Shown here: positions 10,498 to 21,042 of the stretch, piece by piece | Numbering within the stretch: position 1 is the stretch's first letter | Layout: each line of letters starts with the position of its first letter | Assembly (NCBI RefSeq): GCF_000621645.1 | Contig: NZ_JHXR01000021.1 | Location: 30,001-62,000, forward strand | DNA from: Vibrio cholerae ATCC 14035 | GTDB lineage: Bacteria; Pseudomonadota; Gammaproteobacteria; Enterobacterales; Vibrionaceae | Length of the DNA stretch: 32,000 nt | Reading direction: 5' to 3' | Translations under genes and position numbers: made by a program | The notes under the pieces: model-generated | Database searches by the model: none | The model's input: the letters and a program-made list of their open reading frames with translations, nothing else | What the model was told of the DNA's origin: nothing

Positions 10498-11051
10498 AGG
10501 CTCAGGCCTTTATGAACATCCAGTTCGTTACGCGCTTGCAAAATCAAATCGCACACTTCGCGCACGGCGCCGTGACCGCCTTTGATATGCGTAACGTAAT
10601 TGGCACGTTGCGCCAGCAGTGGATGACCGTCGGCCACACACACACGCAGTGCCACCTTTTCCATAACAGGCCAATCGATGAGGTCATCACCAATGTAGCC
10701 GGTCTGCTCAGGAGCGATCGCCAGTTTCTGACAAATATCATAATAAGCCTGCACTTTATCATCCTGACCTTGATAGATCAGTGAAATGCCTAGCGCTTTC
10801 ATGCGATTTTCAACAATTTGTGAGTGGCGGCCAGTAATGATCGCGATTTCAATCCCCGCATTCATTAACGCTTTCACGCCATAACCATCACGAGTGTGGA
10901 AGGTTTTTAACTCTTCGCCTTGGTTACCCATATAAATTAAGCCGTCAGAAAACACACCGTCGACATCGCAAATCAGCAGTTTGATCTGTTTGGCAATCTC
11001 CAGCAGTGAAGGTTCCACTTCTCCATACAAGGTTGAGACGGTTGAACTCAT
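10494..11051 (-). CDS. kdsC: 3-deoxy-D-manno-octulosonate 8-phosphate phosphatase KdsC
   Basis: HAD-superfamily motif LLICDVDGVFSDG, 185 aa, downstream of kdsD. Start and stop overlap by 1 nt (TAATG). Confidence 0.92.
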   Translation of the reverse strand: MSSTVSTLYGEVEPSLLEIAKQIKLLICDVDGVFSDGLIYMGNQGEELKTFHTRDGYGVKALMNAGIEIAIITGRHSQIVENRMKALGISLIYQGQDDKVQAYYDICQKLAIAPEQTGYIGDDLIDWPVMEKVALRVCVADGHPLLAQRANYVTHIKGGHGAVREVCDLILQARNELDVHKGLSL

Positions 11052-12031
11052 TACATCACTCCGGCTTTGAGTAGATCGTGCATGTTCAGTGCACCGACCA
11101 ATTTATTATTTTCAACGAGCATCAGGCCATTAATGCGTTTGGCCTGCATTAAATTCAATCCTTCCACGGCCAGCAAATTGGGCTGAGCAACGGTTGGTTG
11201 GCGCGTCATCACATCGGCAATCACAGTGCTGTGAATATCGATGCGTTTATCAAGAATGCGCCGTAAATCACCGTCAGTAAAAATACCGAGTAGGGTGTCT
11301 TGTTCATCGACAATGGCTGTCATGCCAAGCCCTTTTTGACTGATTTCGAGCAAAGCATCTCGGATCAAGGCTTGTGGTGCCACTTTAGGCAGTGCATCAC
11401 CACTGTGCATGATGTCATTGAGTTTGAGCAAGAGTTTACGCCCAAGTGCGCCACCTGGGTGAGACAAAGCAAAATCTTCTGCGGTGAAACCGCGTGCTTG
11501 CATCAGAGCCACCGCCAACGCATCGCCCATTACAAGAGTGGCGGTGGTGCTTGAGGTTGGCGCAAGCTCTAACGGGCAAGCTTCGCGCGGTACGGTGATT
11601 TGCAGATGGATATCGGCTAATTTCGCCATATTAGAGTTGGGGTTGCCTGTCATGCTGATCACGCGAATACTCAAGCGCTTGAGCACGGGAAGCAGGGCGA
11701 GGATTTCTGATGATTCTCCGGAATTAGAGATGGCGAGTACGATATCGCCACGCTCAATCATCCCGAGATCCCCATGTGAAGCTTCACCCGGATGTACAAA
11801 AAAGGCAGACGTTCCTGTACTGGCTAAGGTGGCGGCAATTTTCTTACCAATGTGGCCTGATTTGCCCATCCCCATCACCACGACTTTGCCCGTTTGATTG
11901 GCCAAAATCATCGCACAAGCACGCGCAAAATCCTCATTGATGTACTGCTCTAGCTGTTGCAATGCATGGATTTCGGTTGCTAGCACTTGTTTAGCGACCG
12001 TTTGGTAATCAAATGAATGGGGCATCCTCAT
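11051..12031 (-). CDS. kdsD: Arabinose-5-phosphate isomerase KdsD
   Basis: SIS domain (VVVMGMGKSGHIGKKIAATLASTG) followed by two C-terminal CBS domains. 326 aa. Confidence 0.93.
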   Translation of the reverse strand: MRMPHSFDYQTVAKQVLATEIHALQQLEQYINEDFARACAMILANQTGKVVVMGMGKSGHIGKKIAATLASTGTSAFFVHPGEASHGDLGMIERGDIVLAISNSGESSEILALLPVLKRLSIRVISMTGNPNSNMAKLADIHLQITVPREACPLELAPTSSTTATLVMGDALAVALMQARGFTAEDFALSHPGGALGRKLLLKLNDIMHSGDALPKVAPQALIRDALLEISQKGLGMTAIVDEQDTLLGIFTDGDLRRILDKRIDIHSTVIADVMTRQPTVAQPNLLAVEGLNLMQAKRINGLMLVENNKLVGALNMHDLLKAGVM

Positions 12032-12080
12032 CTTCCTCTTTAGTACACGGCGATATTCATGAACGGAGATATTTTCTCAC

Positions 12081-13043
12081 TTAGATGTTCATTAATAGGT
12101 AAGTAATGTAACCGATGAAAGAGCACAGTAGGAGTGCGCCTTCTAAGCGAGTGATTTGACGTTTTTTGCCCAAAGCGACCCCAACCAGCAGCAAAGAGAC
12201 ACCGAGCATCACCCAAAAGTCACGACTCATGGCTTCAGGGCTAAGCAGAGAAGGGTTAAGTAAACCCGGTAAGCCCATCACCGCTAAAATGTTGAAAACG
12301 TTTGAGCCGATAATGTTACCGACCGCCATATCATCTTCGCCTTTAAGCGCGCCCGCCAATGAGGCAGCCAGCTCAGGTAAGCTGGTGCCCACCGCAATAA
12401 TGGTTAAGCCGATCACCAGATCGCTCATTCCGAAATGCTTGGCAATCACCACCGCGTTATCGACCAGCATGCCTGCGCCAATCGGTAGCAGAATGAGGCC
12501 GACCACGACCCAAAATGCTGCTTTGGGGTTACTGACTCCAACCGGAATCTCCGATTCTTGTTCATCCAGCAAGGCATCGCCGTTTTGTTTCTCTTTGCGG
12601 CTCACTTGCAGCATGACCAAAATAAAGGCGGCAAACAGGGCGATCAGTAAGATGCCTTCATAGAAACCAAGGTGATTGTCCCACAAAATTGCACCGGCAA
12701 TTAGGGTCACACCAATCATCATCGGCAGTTCTCGACGTAATACCGCAGAGCCCACTGAGAGCGGTTTAACGATCGCGGTGATACCTAAAATCAACGCGAT
12801 GTTGGCAATGTTTGAACCGAGGACGTTACCCACAGCTGTATCGGTTTTCCCCTCTAGGGCTGCGGTGGCGGAAACCATCATCTCGGGTGCTGAGGAGCCC
12901 ATCGCGAGGATAGTCATACCGATCACTAAAGGAGAGATGCCAATATTGCGAGCTAATGCCGCAGATCCGAACACCAATTTGTCCGCGCCCCAAACTAGGA
13001 TTGCGAGACCGATAAACAGAAAGACCACCGCTTCAATAAGCAT
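12081..13043 (-). CDS. yrbG: Ca2+/Na+ antiporter family inner-membrane protein YrbG
   Basis: Two internal alpha-repeats (GSSAPEMMVS and GTSLPELAAS, each followed by GNxxGSN). I preferred the ATG at 13043 (MLIEAVVFLF...) because it aligns with the E. coli YrbG N-terminus. The listed ORF starts at a TTG (13079). Confidence 0.88.
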   Translation of the reverse strand: MLIEAVVFLFIGLAILVWGADKLVFGSAALARNIGISPLVIGMTILAMGSSAPEMMVSATAALEGKTDTAVGNVLGSNIANIALILGITAIVKPLSVGSAVLRRELPMMIGVTLIAGAILWDNHLGFYEGILLIALFAAFILVMLQVSRKEKQNGDALLDEQESEIPVGVSNPKAAFWVVVGLILLPIGAGMLVDNAVVIAKHFGMSDLVIGLTIIAVGTSLPELAASLAGALKGEDDMAVGNIIGSNVFNILAVMGLPGLLNPSLLSPEAMSRDFWVMLGVSLLLVGVALGKKRQITRLEGALLLCSFIGYITYLLMNI

Positions 13044-13099
13044 GTTGATTCCCACGTAATTAATGAAAATAAAGGCCAAAGGCTTGGATGCACCATGAC

Positions 13100-13227
13100 T
13101 ATCCCCTTCCTACTTGAAGCTGCAGCGGTGTTGGCTACGTTCGTTCACTCCAATCACAGAGTCTATCTATGCTCATGGGGACTCATTCACTTGCCGCCTA
13201 CCTGCAACTCCAAGTTGTTTGGGTATA
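13100..13227. repeat. ERIC/IRU-like imperfect palindromic intergenic repeat
   Basis: The plus strand reads CGTTCACTCCAATCAC...ATGCTCATGGGGACTCATTCAC. This resembles the ERIC core (CGCTCACCCCAGTCAC...GCTCCTGGGGATTCAC, i.e. the ERIC2 and ERIC1R primer regions). Outer arms ACTTGAAGCTGCAG (13112-13125) and CTGCAACTCCAAGT (13202-13215) pair over 14 bp. The termini TATCCCC...GGGTATA resemble ERIC ends. Confidence 0.7.
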
Positions 13228-13552
13228 AGAGTCTCGACTCTTAGAGCAAGGCAAACACCTCCATCAATGGACGAATTCACGCAAGGTCAGGCATCTTCAG
13301 CCATTTAGGCAGAGAATTGGCCGCCAATTTTGACGTGTTGGGTATTAAAAGGGAAGTCGAAGTTCCAATTAATTATCCTTATCCCCTTGCGATTTTGCCT
13401 GTTTGTCACAGTAAACGTCAGCCTTTAAAGCTTGTTCCTAGGTTGTCGTCGGCATGCTATCGACTATGCTGGATGAAGACTTTTATCGAGTTTTTAGGCG
13501 CAAAATGAGTTGAACGACTTTGACAATTCTTGGTCAAGAACCCAAGCATGGA

Positions 13553-13593
13553 TTGATGCGTGCTTTTAATTGCACCATATTGTGCATTATCAT
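13553..13593 (+). promoter_or_regulatory. Candidate sigma-70 promoter(s) for mlaF operon
   Basis: There are two overlapping options. One is TTGATG (13553-58), 17 bp, CATATT (13576-81). The other is TTAATT (13566-71), 16 bp, TATCAT (13588-93). Both lie 40-60 nt upstream of the mlaF ATG. This is by-eye hexamer matching only. Confidence 0.3.
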
Positions 13594-13635
13594 GCGCATT
13601 CTTTCAGGATGTCGACCTAACAGTGAAGTGCCCAT

Positions 13636-14439
13636 ATGTCTCAATCTGACTTAGTCACCATCAAAAATTTGCGTTTTTCGCGCTCGCAGCGCGTCATTTT
13701 TGATGACATAGATCTGCATGTCCCCAAAGGTAAAGTGACAGCAATTATGGGGCCTTCGGGAATCGGTAAAACCACACTGCTGCGTTTGATCGGCGGTCAA
13801 CTCCTGCCAGAACAGGGAGAGATCTGGTTCGATGGTGAAAATATTCCCACCCTCAGTCGCCGCAAACTGTATCGTGCTCGTAAGAAGATGAGCATGCTGT
13901 TCCAATCAGGCGCGCTGTTTACCGATCTTAATGTGTTTGACAATGTGGCTTACCCATTGCGCGAGCATACCGAACTTGATGAAGCCATGATTAAAACCTT
14001 GGTGCTGCTGAAATTAGAGGCGGTTGGACTGCGTGGTGCTGCGTATTTAATGCCAAGTGAGCTTTCAGGCGGTATGGCGCGCCGCGCCGCACTGGCAAGG
14101 GCTATTGCACTCGATCCTGAGCTCATCATGTATGATGAGCCGTTTGTCGGACAAGATCCGATCACCATGGGTGTACTGGTTGAGCTGATCCGTAACCTTA
14201 ATCGAGCCTTGGGTGTCACCTCTGTGGTGGTATCGCACGATGTGCCGGAAGTGATGAGCATTGCGGATTGGGTTTATCTGTTGGCTGATGGTAAGGTGAT
14301 TGCGCAAGGTTCACCTCAAGCATTGCGCGACAATCCAGATCCGCGCGTACAACAATTTTTATGCGGCGATGCAGATGGCCCTGTGCCATTTCGTTTTCCT
14401 GCGCAGCCGATAGAACAGGAGCTGTTTAGTGCTAAATGA
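13636..14439 (+). CDS. mlaF: Phospholipid ABC transporter ATPase MlaF
   Basis: Walker [10 protein letters not shown], signature LSGGMARR, Walker [13 protein letters not shown]. First gene of the mlaFEDCB order. Confidence 0.93.
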   Translation: MSQSDLVTIKNLRFSRSQRVIFDDIDLHVPKGKVTAIMGPSGIGKTTLLRLIGGQLLPEQGEIWFDGENIPTLSRRKLYRARKKMSMLFQSGALFTDLNVFDNVAYPLREHTELDEAMIKTLVLLKLEAVGLRGAAYLMPSELSGGMARRAALARAIALDPELIMYDEPFVGQDPITMGVLVELIRNLNRALGVTSVVVSHDVPEVMSIADWVYLLADGKVIAQGSPQALRDNPDPRVQQFLCGDADGPVPFRFPAQPIEQELFSAK

Positions 14440-15220
14440 TGTGATGCGATGGGTCAGCTCTGTTGGGCAACGCACGCTGGCGGTCAGTGAAACCTTTGGC
14501 CGCGCAAGCTTAATGCTGTTTGGTGCACTGGTAGGGCGTCCGCAGCCGATTCGCCATTTTCCGCTCCTCGTTCGCCAGTTATACAGCATTGGTGTGCAGT
14601 CACTGGCGATCATTATCGTCTCTGGGCTCTTTATTGGCATGGTGCTCAGCTTACAAGGCTATGTGATTTTGGTCGATTACGGCGCAGAAACCAGCCTAGG
14701 CCAGATGGTGGCGTTATCATTGCTGCGTGAATTAGGCCCAGTGGTTACGGCACTGCTGTTTGCCGGACGAGCGGGCTCTGCCTTAACCGCCGAAATTGGC
14801 TTGATGAAAGCCACCGAGCAGCTGTCTAGCCTTGAAATGATGGCGGTCGATCCACTGAAACGCGTTATTGCGCCACGCTTTTGGGCGGGAGTCATCTCCA
14901 TGCCGCTGCTGGCGATGATTTTCATGGCGGTCGGCATTTGGGGCGGCCAATTGGTTGGAGTGGATTGGAAAGGCATTGATCACGGCAGTTTCTGGTCAGC
15001 CATGCAAGCTTCGGTTGAATTGGGCCAAGATATCGGTAACAGCACCATCAAATGTGTGGTGTTTGCGTTTACCGTGACTTGGATTGCTCTGTTTAACGGT
15101 TATGACGCGATCCCGACTTCAGAAGGGATCAGCCGAGCGACCACTCGCACCGTAGTGCACTCATCACTGGCCGTACTTGGGCTGGATTTTGTTCTAACCG
15201 CATTGATGTTTGGGAACTGA
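14429..15220 (+). CDS. mlaE: Phospholipid ABC transporter permease MlaE
   Basis: Near end-to-end resemblance to E. coli MlaE ([44 protein letters not shown]; C-terminus [12 protein letters not shown]). The start is either GTG 14429 (11-nt overlap with mlaF) or ATG 14444. Confidence 0.92.
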   Translation: MLNDVMRWVSSVGQRTLAVSETFGRASLMLFGALVGRPQPIRHFPLLVRQLYSIGVQSLAIIIVSGLFIGMVLSLQGYVILVDYGAETSLGQMVALSLLRELGPVVTALLFAGRAGSALTAEIGLMKATEQLSSLEMMAVDPLKRVIAPRFWAGVISMPLLAMIFMAVGIWGGQLVGVDWKGIDHGSFWSAMQASVELGQDIGNSTIKCVVFAFTVTWIALFNGYDAIPTSEGISRATTRTVVHSSLAVLGLDFVLTALMFGN

Positions 15221-15222
15221 TC

Positions 15223-15714
15223 ATGCAACAAACACGAAAAATTGAATTTTGGGTTGGCAGCTTTGTCATCGCGGGAATTTGCGCGATTTTAGTGATGATT
15301 TTTCAGGTCGCTGACGTCAAAGGCCTTGGCTCCAGCAATACTTATCGCCTGACCGCAGAGTTTGACAATATTGGTAGCTTGAAAGTGCGCTCTCCAGTCA
15401 AAGTGGGAGGTGTGGTGGTTGGACGCGTTGAGTCGATCGCGCTGAACCCGAAAAATCTATTACCGACAGTTACCTTGGCGATCGACAGCCAGTTTAACCA
15501 GTTTCCTGAGAACTCAAGTTTGCAGATCCTGACGTCAGGCTTGATTGGGGAGCAATATTTGAGTTTAGTGCCCGGATTTGTGTTTGAAGATGAAGCCATG
15601 CTGAAAGAGGGCGATCGCATTGAAGACACCAAATCCGCATTAGTATTGGAAGATTTGATTGGCCAAGTGCTGTATAGCGTGGGTGGCGGATCAGACAAAG
15701 AGAAAAAGGAATAA
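15223..15714 (+). CDS. mlaD: MCE-domain phospholipid-binding protein MlaD
   Basis: N-terminal membrane anchor (FWVGSFVIAGICAILVMIF) plus an MCE domain (LKVRSPVKVGGVVVGRV). 163 aa. Confidence 0.92.
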   Translation: MQQTRKIEFWVGSFVIAGICAILVMIFQVADVKGLGSSNTYRLTAEFDNIGSLKVRSPVKVGGVVVGRVESIALNPKNLLPTVTLAIDSQFNQFPENSSLQILTSGLIGEQYLSLVPGFVFEDEAMLKEGDRIEDTKSALVLEDLIGQVLYSVGGGSDKEKKE

Positions 15715-15717
15715 GTG

Positions 15718-16356
15718 ATGTGGAAAAAAGCGCTACTCCTCGCGAGTACCCTGTTAACGCCTTGGCTTGCGACAGCGGCCACCATTGATACCAGCAACCC
15801 TTATCAAATGATGAAAGCGGTGGCTGAGAAGTCGTTTGATCGTCTGAAAAACGAACAACCCAAAGTGCATCAAGATCCGCAGTATCTCAAAGTGATTGTG
15901 GAAGAAGAGTTGATGCCTTACGTGAACGAACAATACGCGGCGCTTAAACTGCTGGGGCCCAATCTTAAAGGGGCCAAACGTGAAGATGTGGCGGAGTTCG
16001 TTAAAGCGTTTCGCGCTTATTTGGTGACGAATTACGCGCAAGTGCTGACCCAATACACCAATCAAACCATTGAGTTTGGGCCTGAAATGCCATTGGAAGA
16101 GGATCGCCGCATCACTACAGTGAAAGTGGAAATCCTTGATGCGCCGCGTCCGAATATCAAACTGGAATTTAAACTGCGCCAAGAGAAATCGGGTGAGTGG
16201 AAAGCGTTTGATATGATTGCTGAAGGCATCAGCTTACTGTCCAGCAAACAGTCGGAATGGAGCGGGAAAATTCGTCAAGAAGGTATTCTGGCGGTCGCGA
16301 AAGAGCTGGAACAGTTAGCGAATCAACCGATCCGTTTTGAGAGTCAAAAGCAATGA
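15718..16356 (+). CDS. mlaC: Periplasmic phospholipid-binding protein MlaC
   Basis: The ATG at 15718 gives signal peptide MWKKALLLASTLLTPWLATA. Toluene-tolerance Ttg2D/MlaC-like protein in the conserved position. Confidence 0.9.
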   Translation: MWKKALLLASTLLTPWLATAATIDTSNPYQMMKAVAEKSFDRLKNEQPKVHQDPQYLKVIVEEELMPYVNEQYAALKLLGPNLKGAKREDVAEFVKAFRAYLVTNYAQVLTQYTNQTIEFGPEMPLEEDRRITTVKVEILDAPRPNIKLEFKLRQEKSGEWKAFDMIAEGISLLSSKQSEWSGKIRQEGILAVAKELEQLANQPIRFESQKQ

Positions 16357-16674
16357 GTCATCCACAATGGTCTGCCGAGAATGAACACCAGTTCAGTTTA
16401 ATTGGCGAACTGGATCGAGAAACGGTACCCAAATTGTGGATCTTTCTCAAAAATTGGCAGCCGCAAGTGAAGCAAATCGAGCTTTCTTTGCAACAAGTTG
16501 TCAGAATTGACTCTGCGGGAATGGTGCTGTTAATTCACTTAATAGAGCATGCAAAAGTGAGAAACTGTCATATAATGCTCAGCTTCGTGCCAGAACAACT
16601 GCGCACACTGTTTCAGTTGAGCAATATTGAACATCTGATGTCTCAACACATAGCCAAACCAGCAGAGGTGAATT

Positions 16675-16682
<8 letters not shown>
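16353..16682 (+). CDS. mlaB: STAS-domain protein MlaB
   Basis: Small (109 aa) STAS/anti-sigma-antagonist-like protein (VVRIDSAGMVLLIHLIEHAK). Its ATG overlaps the mlaC stop (ATGA). Confidence 0.85.
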
Positions 16683-18196
<1,514 letters not shown>

Positions 18197-18220
18197 CGTT
18201 AAACTCCTCATTCATGAATG

Positions 18221-18252
18221 GGCCGAAATCCAAGGGTTTCGGCCTTTTTCTT
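18221..18252 (+). terminator. Intrinsic terminator after murA
   Basis: Stem GGCCGAAA (18221-28) pairs with TTTCGGCC (18237-44) around an 8-nt loop, followed by TTTTTCTT. Confidence 0.85.
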
Positions 18253-18274
18253 CCAGTGCCTTCGGAGAAGTTGC

Positions 18275-19003
18275 ATGATTGCGTTATTGCGAATCTTGGC
18301 AGTGGCAGTGTTCGCTGTCTATATGTTTGTGTTTGGCTGCGGTTACTGTTTGTTCAGTCCACGTAACCCTAAGCATGTTTATACCTTTGGTAAGCAGTTT
18401 GCGGCGATGTCGAAAGTGTTCGGTATTAAGCTTGAATACCGCGCTCCGGCCGATGTCGATCAGCGTGGTCAGCACATTTATATTGCTAACCACCAGAATA
18501 ACTGGGATCTGTTTACCGTTTCTAAAGCGGTAACGCCAAAAGTGGTCACCGTCGGTAAGAAAAGTCTCGCGTGGATGCCACTGTTTGGTCAGCTTTATTG
18601 GTTGACGGGCAATATCCTGATTGATCGCGCCAACAAAGCCAAAGCCAAAGGCACCATTGATCAAGTGGTTGATTCGATGAAACAGAGCGATGTTTCGGTG
18701 TGGATGTTTCCGGAAGGTACGCGCTCGCGTGGTCGCGGTTTATTGCCGTTTAAAGCGGGCGCTTTCCATGCGGCGATTGGTGCGGGTGTGCCGATTATTC
18801 CTATCGTGTGTAGCTCGACCGATAAGCTTAAATTCAACCGTTGGAACAACGGGCATGTGATTGTCGAAGTGTTGCCTCCCATCAGCACTGAAGGCTACAG
18901 CAAAGAGAATATCCGCGAGCTGTCACAGCACTGTTATGATCTGATGAAAGCCAAACTGGCACAGTTGGATGCCGAAGTGGCTGAGCTGAACCGTAAAGCC
19001 TAG
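18275..19003 (+). CDS. plsC: 1-acyl-sn-glycerol-3-phosphate acyltransferase PlsC
   Basis: HX4D motif NHQNNWD and FPEGTRSRGRGLLPFKAGAFHAA, close to E. coli PlsC throughout. The ATG at 18275 has GGAG 7 nt upstream. The longer listed ORF (18218) would start inside the murA terminator. Confidence 0.93.
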   Translation: MIALLRILAVAVFAVYMFVFGCGYCLFSPRNPKHVYTFGKQFAAMSKVFGIKLEYRAPADVDQRGQHIYIANHQNNWDLFTVSKAVTPKVVTVGKKSLAWMPLFGQLYWLTGNILIDRANKAKAKGTIDQVVDSMKQSDVSVWMFPEGTRSRGRGLLPFKAGAFHAAIGAGVPIIPIVCSSTDKLKFNRWNNGHVIVEVLPPISTEGYSKENIRELSQHCYDLMKAKLAQLDAEVAELNRKA

Positions 19004-19032
19004 CCGCAGTTTTGATCAAAACGAATAAAAAG

Positions 19033-19058
19033 AAAGGGTTGCCACTGGCAACCCTTTT
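19033..19058. terminator. Bidirectional intrinsic terminator between convergent plsC and ridA
   Basis: Stem GGGTTGCC (19036-43) pairs with GGCAACCC (19047-54) around a 3-nt loop. AAA lies upstream and TTTT downstream. Confidence 0.8.
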
Positions 19059-19083
19059 GGTATTTGAGATCCAATAAAATGGA

Positions 19084-19473
19084 TTACTTGCGTACTGCGA
19101 TCGCTTCGATTTCGATGCCCACATCTTTTGGCAGACGTGCCACTTCAACACAAGAACGCGCTGGGTAGTGCGCCACTTTATGCTCATCAAAGAATGCGCC
19201 GTACACTTGGTTTACTGTGCCGAAGTCGTTGAGATCTTTGACGAATACGGTCATTTTTACAATGTCACCGACGGTTAGGCCAGAGGCTTCAACCACGGCT
19301 TTCACGTTATCCAGTGATTGGCGAGCTTGCGCAGCGATATCCGCAGGAATTTCACCCGTGGCTGGATTCACTGGGATTTGACCAGACGTCAGTACCATGT
19401 TGCCAAGATCAACACCTTGAATGTATGGGCCAATGGCTGCCGGAGCCGCGTCAGTATGCAGAACTTTTGTCAT
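19084..19473 (-). CDS. ridA: Reactive enamine/imine deaminase RidA (YjgF family)
   Basis: 129 aa. AAPAAIGPYIQGV...SGQIPVNPATGE...PARSCVEVARLPKDVGIEIEAIA is typical of YjgF/RidA. It lies downstream of pyrBI, as in E. coli. Confidence 0.92.
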   Translation of the reverse strand: MTKVLHTDAAPAAIGPYIQGVDLGNMVLTSGQIPVNPATGEIPADIAAQARQSLDNVKAVVEASGLTVGDIVKMTVFVKDLNDFGTVNQVYGAFFDEHKVAHYPARSCVEVARLPKDVGIEIEAIAVRK

Positions 19474-19577
19474 CTTTCTTATCCGTTAGTGGTTCGAAAA
19501 TCGCTGTTCAGTTTGCCTGTAAAGCTTTGGTAGGTAAAGCGCCGAGCTCTCATTTATCCCTATCTTGCTGACAGCGG

Positions 19578-20045
19578 TTAAGCTTCGATTTCCGTGACCA
19601 CATCGCGAGCAAACACTTTTTCGCAGTATTTGCATTTTAGGCGGATGTCGTTGTTCTTCTCAGAAAGCTTAAAGCTGCTTTCCACAGGCTCATTGTGTGA
19701 AATGCAGTTGCTGTTTGGGCAAGCAAACACATTGTTGATCCGCTCTGGCAGTTGCAGCGCCAACTTCTTCACCACTTCGTAGTTTTCAATTTGGTTTACA
19801 GTCGCGTGTGGCGCGTACAGCGCGAGTTTGCTGGCTTGCGCTTCACTGATGAACACATTTTCAATCTTGAGCAGATCTTTGCTGCCGAGGGCAGAAGAAG
19901 GCAGATTGAGGCCGATGGTGACACGCTGCGTGGAGTTGTGCATATCAAACAGCTTCAGCACTTTAATCCCCACTTTGGCGGGAATGTGGTCAATGACCGT
20001 GCCGTTTTTGATCGCTTCAACTTGTAATTTCGTCTCTTTGCTCAT
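19578..20045 (-). CDS. pyrI: Aspartate carbamoyltransferase regulatory subunit PyrI
   Basis: 155 aa. N-terminal [17 protein letters not shown] and a Zn-binding Cys cluster CPNSNCISH...CKYCEK. Confidence 0.96.
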   Translation of the reverse strand: MSKETKLQVEAIKNGTVIDHIPAKVGIKVLKLFDMHNSTQRVTIGLNLPSSALGSKDLLKIENVFISEAQASKLALYAPHATVNQIENYEVVKKLALQLPERINNVFACPNSNCISHNEPVESSFKLSEKNNDIRLKCKYCEKVFARDVVTEIEA

Positions 20046-20056
20046 GATTGCTCTCC

Positions 20057-20986
20057 TTACAGCGATTCGTTCAAAACTAGAGCCAGCAAGGCTTCACGGG
20101 CATAAACGCCGTTTTCAACTTGCTCGAAATAGTAAGCGTGTGGGGTTTTATCTACATCAGTGGTGATCTCATCCACCCGTGGTAGTGGGTGCAGCACTTT
20201 CAGGTTGCTACGCGCATCACTCAGGTGAGCTGCCGTTAAAATATAGGCCGACTTGATGTGGGCGTATTCTGACTCATCGAAACGCTCTTTCTGTACTCGC
20301 GTCATGTACAGAATATCCAGCTCTGGGATCACGCTTTCCATATCGCTGAACACTTGGTATTTCACACCAGCTTCATCCAGCTCTTCACAGATATAATCTG
20401 GCATCGCTAGGGCTTCCGGTGCCACAAAGTAGAAGCGGTTGTTATCAAATTTAGCCAGCGCTTGTGCCAGCGAATGCACGGTGCGGCCATATTTTAAATC
20501 ACCAACGAACGCAACATCGAGGTTGTCGAGACGGCCTTGAGTTTCAAAAATCGAATAAAGATCGAGCAGGGTTTGCGATGGGTGTTGGTTTGAACCGTCC
20601 CCAGCATTAATCACAGGGATGCCGTTAGAGAATTCAGACGCTAAACGCGCGGCACCTTCTTGCGGATGACGCATCACAAAAGCATCAACATAAGAGGAGA
20701 TGACGCGTACTGAATCGGCTAGGGTTTCGCCTTTCTTCGCCAGTGACGTGTTGCCGCCGTTATCAAAGCCAATCACGCTGCCACCGATACGTTGGATTGC
20801 TGTCTCGAATGAGAGGCGAGTACGGGTGGAAGGTTCAAAGAAACAGCTGGCCACGACCTTGTGCTTGATCAGCTCTGGATTCGGTTGTGCCTTCAGTTGG
20901 CCTGCGGTTTTCACAATCAACTCCAACTCAGCGCGTGAGAGTTCAGCAATGGAGATGATGTGCTTTTGGTAAAGCGAATTCGCCAT
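20057..20986 (-). CDS. pyrB: Aspartate carbamoyltransferase catalytic subunit PyrB
   Basis: The start at ATG 20986 ([13 protein letters not shown]...) aligns with E. coli PyrB. Motifs STRTR, NQHPSQ and HPLPRVDEI are present. The listed longer ORF starts at a TTG inside the attenuator. Confidence 0.96.
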   Translation of the reverse strand: MANSLYQKHIISIAELSRAELELIVKTAGQLKAQPNPELIKHKVVASCFFEPSTRTRLSFETAIQRIGGSVIGFDNGGNTSLAKKGETLADSVRVISSYVDAFVMRHPQEGAARLASEFSNGIPVINAGDGSNQHPSQTLLDLYSIFETQGRLDNLDVAFVGDLKYGRTVHSLAQALAKFDNNRFYFVAPEALAMPDYICEELDEAGVKYQVFSDMESVIPELDILYMTRVQKERFDESEYAHIKSAYILTAAHLSDARSNLKVLHPLPRVDEITTDVDKTPHAYYFEQVENGVYAREALLALVLNESL

Positions 20987-21015
20987 GATCGTCTTCCCTA
21001 TATTTTCTAACAGCC

Positions 21016-21042
21016 ATAAAAAAGCCCCCCATAAGGGAGGCT
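21016..21042 (-). terminator. pyrBI leader attenuator (intrinsic terminator 30 nt upstream of pyrB)
   Basis: The minus strand reads AGCCUCCC-UUAU-GGGGGGCU followed by UUUUUAU. This is an 8-bp stem (7 Watson-Crick pairs plus 1 G-U). The only mismatch on the plus strand (C-A) becomes G-U on the sense strand. Confidence 0.8.

Noticed and set aside
13081-13096. Sigma-54-like string TGGTGCATCCAAGCC (minus strand) upstream of yrbG
   Set aside because: The -24 block is degenerate (TGGTGC). The GC of the -12 block is displaced by one base from the required GG-N10-GC spacing.
13100-13388. 9-bp direct repeat TATCCCCTT at 13100-13108 and 13380-13388, considered as a target-site duplication flanking a 271-bp insertion
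   Set aside because: There are no terminal inverted repeats inside the putative element. A single 9-mer match within a roughly 550-bp region is close to the chance expectation (about 0.5).
13114-13508. Two intergenic ORFs (64 aa at 13114..13308 and 63 aa at 13317..13508) in the yrbG-mlaF spacer
   Set aside because: Both begin at TTG with no Shine-Dalgarno. The first is read straight out of the ERIC-like repeat, and the second starts inside a 15-bp palindrome. Neither has protein-like composition or a recognisable motif. I treat them as non-coding.
19488-19500. GGTTCGAAA, a tRNA T-loop-like string in the pyrI-ridA spacer
   Set aside because: The flanking bases cannot form a T-stem (AGTGG versus ATCGC), and no acceptor or anticodon arms are present. 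It is not a tRNA.
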